Origin: an uncultured Rubrivivax sp.
GTDB lineage: Bacteria > Pseudomonadota > Gammaproteobacteria > Burkholderiales > Burkholderiaceae_C
Assembly (NCBI GenBank): GCA_964637205.1
Contig: CAZWUR010000006.1
Span: forward strand, 5,780 to 69,779
Reading direction: 5' to 3'
Length of the DNA: 64,000 bases
Shown: positions 1 through 9,547 of the stretch, one piece after another
Position numbering within the stretch: the first letter of the stretch is position 1
How the letters are laid out: each line of letters begins with the position of its first letter
Program-made: the position numbers and the translations under genes
The notes under the pieces: generated by a model
Seen by the model: the letters and a program-made list of their open reading frames with translations, nothing else
Told to the model about the DNA's origin: nothing
Database searches by the model: none

Positions 1-1
1 C

Positions 2-166
2 CGCGTCGACCTCGACCCCGACGCGCGCGAGCACATGGTCGAGATCACCGGCCGGCGCACGGTGCCGCAGATCTTCATCGGCGAAACGCATGTCGGCGGC
101 TGCGACGAGCTGTTCGCGCTCGACCAGCGCGGCGGCCTGCTGCCGCTGCTCGGCGACCCTGCCTGA
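2..166 (+). CDS. grxC: Glutaredoxin 3, 3' part (5' truncated by window edge)
   Basis: Manual translation [41 protein letters not shown]...*; TVPQIFI and VGGCD glutaredoxin motifs; classic grxC-secB-gpsA order. Confidence 0.93.
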   Translation, partial: RVDLDPDAREHMVEITGRRTVPQIFIGETHVGGCDELFALDQRGGLLPLLGDPA

Positions 167-198
167 CCCGGTGCCGCCGGGCGCCGCGGGCACCGGGT
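166..198. other. GC-rich inverted repeat between grxC and secB
   Basis: ACCCGGTGCC (166-175) pairs with GGCACCGGGT (189-198); no U-tract. Confidence 0.4.
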
Positions 199-228
199 GA
201 TAATCCGCGATTCAACCGGAAGATCACC

Positions 229-702
229 ATGGCCGAAGAAACCAACCCCGTCTTCAACATCCAGCGCATGTACCTGAAGGACCTGTCGCTGGAGCAGCCG
301 AATTCGCCGCAGATCCTGCTCGAGCAGCAGCAGCCGCAGGTCGACATCAACCTCGCGATGGGCGCCGAGGGTGTGGCCGATGGCATCTTCGAAGTCACCG
401 TCACCGCCACCGTCACGACCAAGGTCCAGGACAAGGTCCTGTTCCTCGTCGAGGCCAAGCAGGCCGGCATCTTCGAGATCCGCAACGTGCCGCAGGAGCA
501 GATGCAGGGCATCATCAGCATCGTCTGCCCGCAGATGGTCTACCCCTATCTGCGCGCCATCGTCTCCGACGTCTGCACGCGCGCCGGTTTCCCGCCGATC
601 CTGCTCACGGAAGTCAACTTCCAGGCCATGTTCGAGGCCCAGCAGCAGGCCAAGGCGGCCGAGAACAACGGCGGTTCGCGCATCATCACCGGCGCCAACT
701 GA
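229..702 (+). CDS. secB: Protein-export chaperone SecB
   Basis: [40 protein letters not shown] motifs; synteny. Confidence 0.97.
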   Translation: MAEETNPVFNIQRMYLKDLSLEQPNSPQILLEQQQPQVDINLAMGAEGVADGIFEVTVTATVTTKVQDKVLFLVEAKQAGIFEIRNVPQEQMQGIISIVCPQMVYPYLRAIVSDVCTRAGFPPILLTEVNFQAMFEAQQQAKAAENNGGSRIITGAN

Positions 703-706
703 GCCG

Positions 707-1708
707 ATGCGCATCGCCGTGCTCGGGGCCGGCGCCTGGGGCACGGCCCTGGCGGCCGCGGCAGCGCCACGCCACGCGGTCTGCCTGTGGGCACGTGACC
801 CGGCGCAGGCCGAGGCGCTGGCGGCGGCGCGGGTCAACGCACGCTATCTGCCCGACGTCCCGCTGCCACCGGCGTTGCAGGTGCTGGTCGATCTCGACGC
901 CGCACTGGCGCATGCCCGGGGCGGCCTGCTGATCATTGCCACGCCGATGGCCGGCCTGCGCCCGATGCTGGCCGCGCTGCCGCCGCGCCAGGGTGCCCTG
1001 TGGCTGTGCAAGGGCTTCGAGCAGGGCAGTGGCATGCTGGGCCACGAGATCGCGCGCGAGGTCCGCCCCGACGCGCCCTGCGGCGTGCTGTCGGGTCCGA
1101 GTTTTGCGCTTGAGGTGGCGCGCGGCCAGCCGACGGCCCTGGTCGCGGCGAGCGCCGACGTCGCGCTCGCCGAGGCCGCCGTGGCGGCCCTGCACGGCGA
1201 GGGCCTGCGCATCTACACCTCGGACGACGTGGTCGGCGTCGAGGTCGGCGGCGCGGTCAAGAACGTGCTCGCCATCGCCACCGGCATTCTCGACGGCATG
1301 CCCCAGCCCGGCCTCAACGCGCGCGCCGCCCTGGTCACGCGCGGGCTCGCCGAGATGACGCGCCTGGGCCTGGCCCTGGGCGCGCGGGCCGACACCTTCA
1401 TGGGCCTGTCGGGCCTGGGCGATCTGGTGCTCACCGCGACCGGCGACCTGTCGCGCAACCGGCGCGTGGGCCTGCTGCTGGCGCGCGGGCTGGCCCTGCC
1501 GCAGATCCTGGTCGAACTCGGCCATGTCGCCGAGGGCGTGTGCAGCGCGGCCACCGTGCTGCAGCGGGCCACGGCGCTGGGTGTGGAGATGCCGATCACG
1601 CAGGCCGTGGTCGACGTGCTGGAGGGCCGCAGCACACCGGCGCAGGCGATGGCCGGGCTGATGGGTCGCCAGGCGCGCGCCGAACCCCTTCAGCCGCCGC
1701 CGGCGTAA
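707..1708 (+). CDS. gpsA: NAD(P)H-dependent glycerol-3-phosphate dehydrogenase
   Basis: ATG 707; [40 protein letters not shown]. Confidence 0.96.
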   Translation: MRIAVLGAGAWGTALAAAAAPRHAVCLWARDPAQAEALAAARVNARYLPDVPLPPALQVLVDLDAALAHARGGLLIIATPMAGLRPMLAALPPRQGALWLCKGFEQGSGMLGHEIAREVRPDAPCGVLSGPSFALEVARGQPTALVAASADVALAEAAVAALHGEGLRIYTSDDVVGVEVGGAVKNVLAIATGILDGMPQPGLNARAALVTRGLAEMTRLGLALGARADTFMGLSGLGDLVLTATGDLSRNRRVGLLLARGLALPQILVELGHVAEGVCSAATVLQRATALGVEMPITQAVVDVLEGRSTPAQAMAGLMGRQARAEPLQPPPA

Positions 1709-2163
1709 CCCTGCCGGCGCCAGGCCTCGAAGACCGCCACCGCCACCGCATTGCTCAGGTTCAGGCTGCGCTGGCCGGGGCGCATCGGCAGGCGCAGGCG
1801 CTGGGTTTCGGGAAACCAGCCGTCGCGGATCCTGGGGTCGAGGCCGGCCGACTCGTTGCCGAACACCAGCCAGTCGCCGGGCTGCCAATCCACCTCGCTG
1901 AAGGGCCGGCTGCCCCGGGTGGTGAAGGCGAAGCGCCGCGCCGGGTCGCCCGCGCCGGCCTGCAGCACGGCCGCCCAGTCGGCGTGCCGGCGCACGGTGG
2001 CGGTCTCGTGGTAGTCGAGCCCGGCGCGGCGCAGCAGCTTGTCTTCCATCGAGAAACCCAGCGGCTCGACCAGGTGCAGCGTGCAGCCGGTGTTCGCCGC
2101 CAGACGGATCACGTTGCCGGTGTTCGGCGCAATCTCGGGCGCGACGAGCACGATGTGGAACAT
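1690..2163 (-). CDS. trmL: tRNA (cytidine/uridine-2'-O)-methyltransferase TrmL (SpoU family)
   Basis: [36 protein letters not shown] motifs. Confidence 0.95.
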   Translation of the reverse strand: MFHIVLVAPEIAPNTGNVIRLAANTGCTLHLVEPLGFSMEDKLLRRAGLDYHETATVRRHADWAAVLQAGAGDPARRFAFTTRGSRPFSEVDWQPGDWLVFGNESAGLDPRIRDGWFPETQRLRLPMRPGQRSLNLSNAVAVAVFEAWRRQGYAGGG

Positions 2164-2178
2164 GGTCCCTGCGCCAGA

Positions 2179-2871
2179 TCAGGCGGTGCGCGCCAGCACC
2201 CAGGCCTGCACCGAGGCCGCGCCGGCGGCGAGCAGGGCCTGGCTGGCCTCGGCGGCGGTGGCGCCGGTGGTCAGCACGTCGTCGACCAGCGCGACGCGCC
2301 GCCCGGCCACCGCCGCGTGGCGCGGCACCACGAACACGCCCTGCAGATTGCGGCGCCGCGCCGCGCGGTCGAGCCCGGCCTGCGGCGCGCGGTCCAGCGA
2401 GCGCTGCAGCGCCGCCGCCTCGGCGCGCCGACCGAGCCGGCGCGCCACGCGCCGTGCCAGCTCCCAGGCCTGGTTGTAGCCGCGTTCGGCCAGGCGGCGC
2501 GGCGCCAGCGGCATCGGCACGACGAGGTCGGCCTCGGCCAGGCCCTGTGCGTCGATGACGAGCGCCAGGCGCTCGGCGAGCAGGGGCGCGAGGTCGACGG
2601 CGCCGTGGTACTTGAAGCGCAGGATCAGGCGGTCCCAGGGTGCGCCGTAGTCCACCGCGCACAGACAGCGTGAAAACGGCAGCGGGTGCGCCAGACAGGT
2701 GCCGCAGCGCACCGCGTCGGCGGTGCCGGGCAGGCGCAAGCCGCAGCCGCCACAGCGCGCAGCCGCGGCAGCGGGGGTGCAGTCGGCGCACAGGCGGCCG
2801 CGGGTCCAGCGTCGGCAGACTTCACATTGGCCGGGCCAGGTCATCGTGCGCAGCGCGGCGGGCCGGAACAT
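2179..2871 (-). CDS. comF: ComF family protein (double zinc ribbon + phosphoribosyltransferase)
   Basis: CxxC pairs at N-terminus, RGYNQA, LVDDVLTTGAT. Confidence 0.9.
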   Translation of the reverse strand: MFRPAALRTMTWPGQCEVCRRWTRGRLCADCTPAAAAARCGGCGLRLPGTADAVRCGTCLAHPLPFSRCLCAVDYGAPWDRLILRFKYHGAVDLAPLLAERLALVIDAQGLAEADLVVPMPLAPRRLAERGYNQAWELARRVARRLGRRAEAAALQRSLDRAPQAGLDRAARRRNLQGVFVVPRHAAVAGRRVALVDDVLTTGATAAEASQALLAAGAASVQAWVLARTA

Positions 2872-2877
2872 GGCGCC

Positions 2878-2885
2878 AATATACT
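2878..2885. promoter_or_regulatory. Overlapping divergent -10 elements (TATACT on +, TATATT on -)
   Basis: AATATACT AT island in the 23-nt gap between two divergent ATGs (2871 and 2895). Confidence 0.55.
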
Positions 2886-2894
2886 GGTCCGCCT

Positions 2895-3779
2895 ATGGCC
2901 GACGCGGCACTGCCTCGATCGACACGGCGCGCGGTGGACGACGCTGCGCTGGCGCATGTCCGGCGCCGGCTGGCGGCGGCCCGCGAGGCGCCCTGGCTGC
3001 ATGGCGAGACCGCCCGCCGCATGGCCGAGCGGCTGCCCATCTTCCGCACGCCGCCGCGCCGCGTGATCGACTGGTACGGGCAAGACCCTGCCAGCGATGC
3101 GGTGCTGGCTCGCGCCTGTGCGTCGGCCGAACGCATCCGGGTGGATCCGCTGGACCTGCAGACTCCGCCCGCGCCGGCCGCCGCCTGGTGGTCAGCCCGG
3201 CGCTGGCGCCGCGCGACGGTGCTGCGGCCGGCCGCGTCGCTCGGTGCCGACAGCGGCGACCTGCTCTGGGCGCACATGGGCCTGCACTGGTGCGCTGATC
3301 CGCTGGCCGAGATGCGGCGCTGGCAGGCGGTGCTGGCGGTCGACGGCGCGCTGATGTTTTCGACCTTCGGGCCGGGCACGCTGCAGTCGCTGCAGGAACG
3401 TTATGCGCAACGCGGCTGGCCACCGCCGGCGGCAGCCCTGGTGGACATGCACGACCTCGGCGACATGCTCGTCGAGGCCGGGTTCGCCGAGCCGGTGATG
3501 GACCAGGAGACCGTGACCCTGCACTGGGCCGATGCCGAGGCGCTGCTGGCCGAGTTGCGCACCCTGGGCGGCAACGCCGACCCGGCGCGCGCCGCGGGCC
3601 TGCGCACCCCGCGCTGGCGCCGCGAATTGCTGCAGGCACTGCAGCCGGCCGGCAGTGGCCGCCCGGCGCTGGAGTTCGAGATCGTCTACGGTCATGCCAT
3701 CCGACCCCGCCCGCGCATACCGGTGGCGGCCGAGACCCGGGTCGGCCTCGAGGCCATGCGTTCTATACTTCGCGGTTGA
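2895..3779 (+). CDS. BioC-like SAM-dependent methyltransferase
   Basis: PWLHGETARRMAERL, LMFSTFGPGTL, VDMHDLGDMLVEAGFAEPVMDQE; divergent from comF as usual in Betaproteobacteria; motif I looks degenerate. Confidence 0.8.
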   Translation: MADAALPRSTRRAVDDAALAHVRRRLAAAREAPWLHGETARRMAERLPIFRTPPRRVIDWYGQDPASDAVLARACASAERIRVDPLDLQTPPAPAAAWWSARRWRRATVLRPAASLGADSGDLLWAHMGLHWCADPLAEMRRWQAVLAVDGALMFSTFGPGTLQSLQERYAQRGWPPPAAALVDMHDLGDMLVEAGFAEPVMDQETVTLHWADAEALLAELRTLGGNADPARAAGLRTPRWRRELLQALQPAGSGRPALEFEIVYGHAIRPRPRIPVAAETRVGLEAMRSILRG

Positions 3780-3787
3780 GGTCTGGC

Positions 3788-3801
3788 TTGATCCAGATCG
3801 A
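3788..3801. promoter_or_regulatory. FNR/Anr-type box upstream of cox operon
   Basis: TTGAT-CCAG-ATCGA, one mismatch to TTGAT-N4-ATCAA; -10-like TAGAAT at 3808-3813 and TATACT at 3764-3769. Confidence 0.6.
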
Positions 3802-3896
3802 AGACCTTAGAATTAGCTGCGACTGATATCGGTACCCCGGGCTGCATCCGGCACAGCGCCGAGAATCACCCACCGAAGCCCGCCTGACACCCGTCG

Positions 3897-4487
3897 ATGA
3901 GTACCGTCACCGTTCCCGCTCCCTGGTCTGCCCCGGCCGGCGCCGTGCCCGACTGGCGCTTCGCAAAGCTCGTGCCGCGGCCCGGGCATGCGGTGCCGGC
4001 CCTGCAATGGGTGCTGCGCCGCGGCGGCGCGATCACGCCGCGCCAACTGGTCGGCGTCTACCTGTCCCTGTGTCTCGTGTCGCTGCTGATCGCCACGGGC
4101 TTGTGGTGGCAGGGCGCGCCCGAGGTGCTCGGTTTCGTCGGCGTCGAACTGATCCTGGTCGGCGTGGCGCTGCGCTTCTATGCGCGCCACGCGGCCGACC
4201 GCGAGACGGTGACGCTGGCCGAGCGCGCCGTGCAGGTCGAGCAGCAATTCGGCCCGCAGGTCGAGCGCGCGAGCTTTCGCGCCGAATGGTTGAGCATCGA
4301 GCCCGCGCAGGCGCAGGGCTCGCTGGTGGAACTGGCCGGCGAAGGGCGGCGCATGCTGATCGGGCGTTTCGTGCGCCCCGAACAGCGCGCCGCGCTGGCG
4401 CAGGAGATGCGGCGCGCGCTGCGCCGCGCGCAGGCCGGCCTGCCGCCGCTGGAGCCACAGGAATCGGAACTGGAATCACAACGATGA
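3897..4487 (+). CDS. DUF2244 family membrane protein
   Basis: Two TM helices, YARHAADRETV motif; first gene of the betaproteobacterial cox operon; ATGA overlap with coxB. Confidence 0.8.
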   Translation: MSTVTVPAPWSAPAGAVPDWRFAKLVPRPGHAVPALQWVLRRGGAITPRQLVGVYLSLCLVSLLIATGLWWQGAPEVLGFVGVELILVGVALRFYARHAADRETVTLAERAVQVEQQFGPQVERASFRAEWLSIEPAQAQGSLVELAGEGRRMLIGRFVRPEQRAALAQEMRRALRRAQAGLPPLEPQESELESQR

Positions 4488-5656
4488 TCACGACCTTGAT
4501 GAATCTCCTGCGCCGTATCGGTGCCGGCTGCGCGATGGCCGCACTGGCGGGCATGCCGGCCCTGGCCGCTGCCGTCAACGACCTGCCGGGCGGCCCGGCC
4601 GTCAACCAGCTCAACCTGCACCCGCCGGCGAGCCAGATCGCCGCACAGCAGGAGTGGCTGCACTGGGTGATGATGATCATCTGCGTGGTCATCTTTCTCG
4701 CCGTGTTCGGCGTGATGTTCTATTCGATCCTGAAGCATCGCAAGTCGGTCGGCCACAAGGCGGCCCACTTTCACGAGAGCATCTCGGTCGAGATCGCCTG
4801 GACCGTCGTGCCCTTCGTCATCGTGATCGCGATGGGCGCCATGGCCACGCGCACCGTGGTCGCGATGAAGGACACGTCGAATGCCGACCTCACGATCAAG
4901 GCCACCGGCTACCAGTGGCGTTGGGGCTACGACTACCTCAACGGCGAAGGCCAGGGCATCGGCTTCCTGTCGGCCCTGGACAGCGCGCAGCGCGAGCTGT
5001 CCGACGCCGGCACGCCGCAGGGCGACGACTATCTGCTGAAGGTCGACAACCCCCTGGTCGTGCCGGTCGACCGCAAGGTGCGCATCGTCGTCACCGCCAA
5101 CGACGTGATCCACGCCTGGATGGTGCCGTCCCTGGGCGTCAAGCAGGACGCGATCCCCGGCTTCGTGCGCGACACCTGGTTCCGCGCCAACCAGACCGGC
5201 GACTTCTACGGCCAGTGCGCCGAGCTCTGCGGCAAGGAGCACGCCTACATGCCGATCCACGTGAAGGTGCTGTCGCATGCCGACTACAGCGCCTGGGTCG
5301 ACACCAAGCACAAGGAAATGGCGGCACTTGCCGACGACCCGAACAAGGAATGGACGCTGGCCGAACTGGTGGCGCGCGGCGAGAAGGTCTACCAGGCCAA
5401 CTGCCAGGCCTGTCACCAGGCGAACGGCAAGGGCGCAGGGCCGATCATGCCGCTGGACGGCAGCGCCCTCGTGCGCAACGACCCGGCGGCGCAGATCAAC
5501 GTCGTGCTGCATGGCCGCAACAACGGCACGATGCCGGCCTGGAAGCAGCTCTCGGACACCGAGATCGCCGCCGTCATCACCTACACCAAGAATTCCTGGA
5601 GCAACCAGACCGGCAAGCTCGTGCAGCCCGCCGAAGTCATGGCGGCCCGCAAGTAA
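4484..5656 (+). CDS. coxB: Cytochrome c oxidase subunit II with C-terminal cytochrome c domain
   Basis: CuA ligands DVIH...CAELCGKEHAYM; two TMs; fused heme c motif CQACH. Confidence 0.96.
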   Translation: MITTLMNLLRRIGAGCAMAALAGMPALAAAVNDLPGGPAVNQLNLHPPASQIAAQQEWLHWVMMIICVVIFLAVFGVMFYSILKHRKSVGHKAAHFHESISVEIAWTVVPFVIVIAMGAMATRTVVAMKDTSNADLTIKATGYQWRWGYDYLNGEGQGIGFLSALDSAQRELSDAGTPQGDDYLLKVDNPLVVPVDRKVRIVVTANDVIHAWMVPSLGVKQDAIPGFVRDTWFRANQTGDFYGQCAELCGKEHAYMPIHVKVLSHADYSAWVDTKHKEMAALADDPNKEWTLAELVARGEKVYQANCQACHQANGKGAGPIMPLDGSALVRNDPAAQINVVLHGRNNGTMPAWKQLSDTEIAAVITYTKNSWSNQTGKLVQPAEVMAARK

Positions 5657-5681
5657 TCAGGCATCCGCCTAGGAGAATCGC

Positions 5682-7322
5682 ATGAGTGCAGTCCTCGACC
5701 ACCACGGCGGTCACGCACAAGACCACGATCATCACGCGCACCACCCGAGCGGCTGGCGCCGCTGGGTCTTCGCGACGAACCACAAGGACATCGGCACGAT
5801 GTACCTGTTGTTCTCGTTCACGATGCTGATGGTCGGCGGTGTGCTCGCGATGGGCATCCGTGCCGAGCTGTTCCAGCCCGGTCTGCAGTATGTGAATCCG
5901 CAGCTGTTCAACCAGCTGACGACGATGCACGGCCTGATCATGGTCTTCGGCGCCATCATGCCGGCCTTCGTCGGCTTCGCGAACTGGATGATCCCGCTGC
6001 AGATCGGCGCGGCCGACATGGCCTTCGCGCGCATGAACAACCTCAGCTTCTGGCTGCTGATCCCGGCGGCGCTGATGCTGGCGGGCTCGTTCTTCATGCC
6101 CGGCGGGGCGCCGGCCGCAGGCTGGACGCTCTACGCGCCGCTGACGCTGCAGATGGGCCCCAGCATGGACGCCGCGATCTTCGCGATCCACATCATGGGC
6201 GCCAGCTCGATCATGGGTTCGATCAACATCATCGTCACGATCCTGAACATGCGCGCGCCGGGCATGACGCTGATGAAGATGCCGATGTTCGCCTGGACCT
6301 GGCTGATCACCGCCTACCTGCTGATCGCGGTGATGCCGGTGCTGGCCGGCGCCATCACGATGACGATCACCGACCGCCACTTCGGCACCAGCTTCTTCAA
6401 CCCGGCCGGCGGTGGCGACCCGATCATGTACCAGCACATCTTCTGGTTCTTCGGGCACCCCGAGGTCTACATCATGATCCTGCCGGCCTTCGGGATCGTC
6501 AGCGCGATCATCCCCACCTTCGCCCGCAAGCGGCTGTTCGGCTACACCTCGATGGTCTACGCCACGGCGTCGATCGCGATCCTGTCGTTCATCGTCTGGG
6601 CGCACCACATGTTCACCACGGGCATGCCGGTGACGGGGCAGCTCTTCTTCATGTACGCGACCATGCTGATCGCGGTGCCCACCGGCGTGAAGATCTTCAA
6701 CTGGGTGGCCACGATGTGGCGCGGCTCGATGAGCTTCGAGACGCCGATGCTGTGGGCCGTGGGCTTCATCTTCGTGTTCACGATCGGCGGCTTCACCGGG
6801 CTGATCCTGGCGATGGCGCCGATCGACATCCAGTTCCAGGACACCTACTACGTGGTGGCGCACTTCCACTACGTGCTGGTGGCCGGCTCGCTGTTCGCGA
6901 TGTTCGCCGGCGTGTACTACTGGGGCCCGAAGTGGACGGGCACGATGTATTCCGAGGTCCGCGGCAAGATCCACTTCTGGGGTTCGCTGATCACCTTCAA
7001 CATCACCTTCTTCCCGATGCACTTCCTGGGTCTGGCCGGCATGCCGCGACGTTATGCCGACTATCCGATGCAGTTCGCCGACTTCAATGCCCTGGCGTCG
7101 ATCGGCGGTCTCGGCTTCGGGCTGATGCAGGTCTACTTCTTCTTCTTCGTCGTGCTGCCGATGATGCGCGGCCAGGGCGAGAAGGCGCCGCAGCGCCCCT
7201 GGACCGATCCGGACGGCACCGGTGCCACCGGCCTGGAATGGGAAGTGCCGTCGCCCGCACCCTGGCACACCTTCGAGACGCCGCCCAAGCTCGACGCGAC
7301 GGCGACCAAGGTGATCGGCTGA
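5682..7322 (+). CDS. coxA: Cytochrome c oxidase subunit I (type A1)
   Basis: [38 protein letters not shown]. Confidence 0.98.
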   Translation: MSAVLDHHGGHAQDHDHHAHHPSGWRRWVFATNHKDIGTMYLLFSFTMLMVGGVLAMGIRAELFQPGLQYVNPQLFNQLTTMHGLIMVFGAIMPAFVGFANWMIPLQIGAADMAFARMNNLSFWLLIPAALMLAGSFFMPGGAPAAGWTLYAPLTLQMGPSMDAAIFAIHIMGASSIMGSINIIVTILNMRAPGMTLMKMPMFAWTWLITAYLLIAVMPVLAGAITMTITDRHFGTSFFNPAGGGDPIMYQHIFWFFGHPEVYIMILPAFGIVSAIIPTFARKRLFGYTSMVYATASIAILSFIVWAHHMFTTGMPVTGQLFFMYATMLIAVPTGVKIFNWVATMWRGSMSFETPMLWAVGFIFVFTIGGFTGLILAMAPIDIQFQDTYYVVAHFHYVLVAGSLFAMFAGVYYWGPKWTGTMYSEVRGKIHFWGSLITFNITFFPMHFLGLAGMPRRYADYPMQFADFNALASIGGLGFGLMQVYFFFFVVLPMMRGQGEKAPQRPWTDPDGTGATGLEWEVPSPAPWHTFETPPKLDATATKVIG

Positions 7323-7323
7323 G

Positions 7324-7437
7324 ATGGACCCGCGCCAGCGCAAGGCCAACCTGCGCCTGGGGCTGATCCTGGCCTCGGTGGCCCTGGTCTTCGCCATCGG
7401 TTTCGCCGCCAAGATCGCCTTCATGGGCCCGGGCTGA
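7324..7437 (+). CDS. 37-aa single-TM cytochrome oxidase small assembly protein
   Basis: Manual translation MDPRQRKANLRLGLILASVALVFAIGFAAKIAFMGPG*; fills the coxA-ctaG gap; below the ORF-track cut-off. Confidence 0.8.
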   Translation: MDPRQRKANLRLGLILASVALVFAIGFAAKIAFMGPG

Positions 7438-7444
7438 CCCCGAC

Positions 7445-8092
7445 ATGGACGAACGCCGCAGCCCTGGCGCCGAGTCGCTCGGCACCGACAACCGCCGCAT
7501 GCTGGGCAAGCTGGCGGTGGTGGTGCTGTTGATGTTCGGCTTCGGCTACGCGCTGGTGCCGATGTACCGCGCCATCTGCGACGTGCTCGGCATCAATGTG
7601 CTGTCGGTGGCGGAGCAGCGCTACGCGCAGGGCTGGCTCGGCGGCGCCAAGGCGGGGGCCAACACGCAGGTCGACCGCACGCGCACGATCACCGTCGAGT
7701 TCGACGCCAATGCGCGCGGGCCCTGGGAGTTCAAGCCGACGCTGGCGTCGCTCAAGGTTCACCCCGGCGAACTGGCAACGGTGGAATACGTCTTTCGCAA
7801 CGCGCAGGACCGCACGATGGCGGCGCAGGCCATCCCGAGCTATGCGCCGCGCCAGGCCGGGCCGCATTTCACCAAGCTCGAGTGCTTCTGCTTTTCCGAA
7901 CATGTGCTGCAGGCCGGCGAGAGCAAACGCTGGCCGGTGGTCTTCGTGATCGACCCGAAGCTGCCCAAGGACGTGACCACGATCACCCTGTCCTACACCT
8001 TCTTCGAGGTCGGCGGCAAGGTGCCCGCGGCGCCCGCGGGTGGCGTTGCGCATGCGCCGGCGCCGCCGCTCGACGTGGGAGGCCGCTCGTGA
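7445..8092 (+). CDS. ctaG: Cytochrome c oxidase assembly protein CtaG/Cox11
   Basis: FGYALVPMYRAICD TM anchor, KLECFCF copper motif, TITLSYTFF. Confidence 0.95.
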   Translation: MDERRSPGAESLGTDNRRMLGKLAVVVLLMFGFGYALVPMYRAICDVLGINVLSVAEQRYAQGWLGGAKAGANTQVDRTRTITVEFDANARGPWEFKPTLASLKVHPGELATVEYVFRNAQDRTMAAQAIPSYAPRQAGPHFTKLECFCFSEHVLQAGESKRWPVVFVIDPKLPKDVTTITLSYTFFEVGGKVPAAPAGGVAHAPAPPLDVGGRS

Positions 8093-8319
8093 GCCAGGAC
8101 CTGAGGCAGGCCGCGGCGCGCCCCCTGTCCTTCGTGCAGACGGTCAAGGCCGTGGCCTGGTCCTTCGTCGGCCTGCGCAAGGGCGCCGGCCACCAGCAGG
8201 ACATCCAGAAAATCAACCCGGTGCACGTGATCATCACCGGGGTCATCTGCGCGCTGCTCTTCGTGCTGGCCCTGGTGCTGATCGTGCACTGGGTGATCGG
8301 CAGCGGCGTCGCGGCCTGA
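8089..8319 (+). CDS. DUF2970 family small membrane protein
   Basis: GTGA overlap with ctaG stop; KAVAWSFVGLRK...NPVHVIITG. Confidence 0.8.
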   Translation: MSQDLRQAAARPLSFVQTVKAVAWSFVGLRKGAGHQQDIQKINPVHVIITGVICALLFVLALVLIVHWVIGSGVAA

Positions 8320-8361
8320 ACCGAGCAATAAACCGGATCCGTTTCGAGGAGAGAACCTTCC

Positions 8362-9246
8362 ATGGCCGCCACGACCCCTGCGGGCACCACCCCGTACTAC
8401 TTCATCCCCAACCCCTCGCGGCACCCCGCGATGACGGCCCTGGGCCTGTTCCTCGTGTTTTTCGGCGCGGCCCAGTGGATGAACGGCGTCGGCTGGGGCA
8501 GCTACGTCTTCGTGCTCGGCCTGGCGACCTGGCTGACCGTGCTCTTCCAGTGGTTCCGCCAGGCGGTGGGCGAAAGTGAAGGCGGGCTCTACTCCGAGCG
8601 CATCGACCGCAGCTACCGCTGGAGCATGAGCTGGTTCATCTTCTCCGAAGTGATGTTCTTCGGTGCCTTCTTCGGCGCCCTGTACTGGGCGCGCGTGCAC
8701 TCGTTGCCGATGCTGGGCAATCTGGACCACCAGTTGCTCTGGCCCGACTTCAAGGCGATCTGGCCGAGCGCCGGCGGCGGCGTGACGGGTTCGCCGACCG
8801 GCACCGTCGAGCCCTTCCAGACCATCGGCCCATGGCCGCTGCCGACCCTCAACACCGCGCTGCTGCTGACCTCGGGGGTCACGCTGACCATCGCCCATCA
8901 CGCGCTGATCGCCAACCGGCGCGCGAAGACGATCTTCTGGATGTGGGTCACCGTGCTGCTGGGTGTGACCTTCCTGCTGGTGCAGGGCTACGAGTACATG
9001 CACGCCTACCGCGACCTGAACCTCAAGCTCAGCTCCGGTGTCTTCGGCAGCACCTTCTTCATGCTGACCGGGTTCCACGGCTTCCATGTGTTCGTCGGCA
9101 TGCTGATGCTGCTGTTCATCACGCTGCGCCTGATGAAAGGCCACTTCACGCCCAAGCGTCACTTCGGATTCGAGGGTGCCGCCTGGTACTGGCACTTCGT
9201 CGACGTGGTGTGGCTGGGCCTGTACATCGTCGTCTACTGGCTCTGA
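8362..9246 (+). CDS. coxC: Cytochrome c oxidase subunit III
   Basis: FIFSEVMFF, TGFHGFHV, AAWYWHFVDVVW. Confidence 0.97.
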   Translation: MAATTPAGTTPYYFIPNPSRHPAMTALGLFLVFFGAAQWMNGVGWGSYVFVLGLATWLTVLFQWFRQAVGESEGGLYSERIDRSYRWSMSWFIFSEVMFFGAFFGALYWARVHSLPMLGNLDHQLLWPDFKAIWPSAGGGVTGSPTGTVEPFQTIGPWPLPTLNTALLLTSGVTLTIAHHALIANRRAKTIFWMWVTVLLGVTFLLVQGYEYMHAYRDLNLKLSSGVFGSTFFMLTGFHGFHVFVGMLMLLFITLRLMKGHFTPKRHFGFEGAAWYWHFVDVVWLGLYIVVYWL

Positions 9247-9264
9247 GGCCGCTTGCCGGCATCG

Positions 9265-9287
9265 AGGCGCCGCCGCGTGCGGCGCCT
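9265..9287. terminator. Hairpin between convergent coxC and small TM gene, probable terminator
   Basis: AGGCGCCGC-cgcgt-GCGGCGCCT 9-bp perfect stem; weak U-tract. Confidence 0.5.
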
Positions 9288-9295
9288 TGTCCTTG

Positions 9296-9517
9296 TCAGG
9301 GGCCGACCGGTATGCCGTGGGGCTGGATCCAACCCATCTTCCAGGCCAGCAGCACCAGGAGGAACAAGGCCACCGACAGGGCCACACGCAGGGCCAGGGC
9401 GCGCGCCATCGACTTGTCGGCCTCGCCGGTTGTGCGGCCCTTGCGCAGCATCAGCACACCGGCCGTGGCCAGTGCGGCCAGCACGGCCGCCAGCATCAAC
9501 ACCATGATGGTCTTCAT
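9296..9517 (-). CDS. Twin-transmembrane-helix small protein (DUF2909-like)
   Basis: Two TMs, MARALALRVALSV, GWIQPHG; typical position opposite SURF1. Confidence 0.85.
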   Translation of the reverse strand: MKTIMVLMLAAVLAALATAGVLMLRKGRTTGEADKSMARALALRVALSVALFLLVLLAWKMGWIQPHGIPVGP

Positions 9518-9547
9518 CAGCGCCGATTATCGGCCCCTGGAAGGCGC

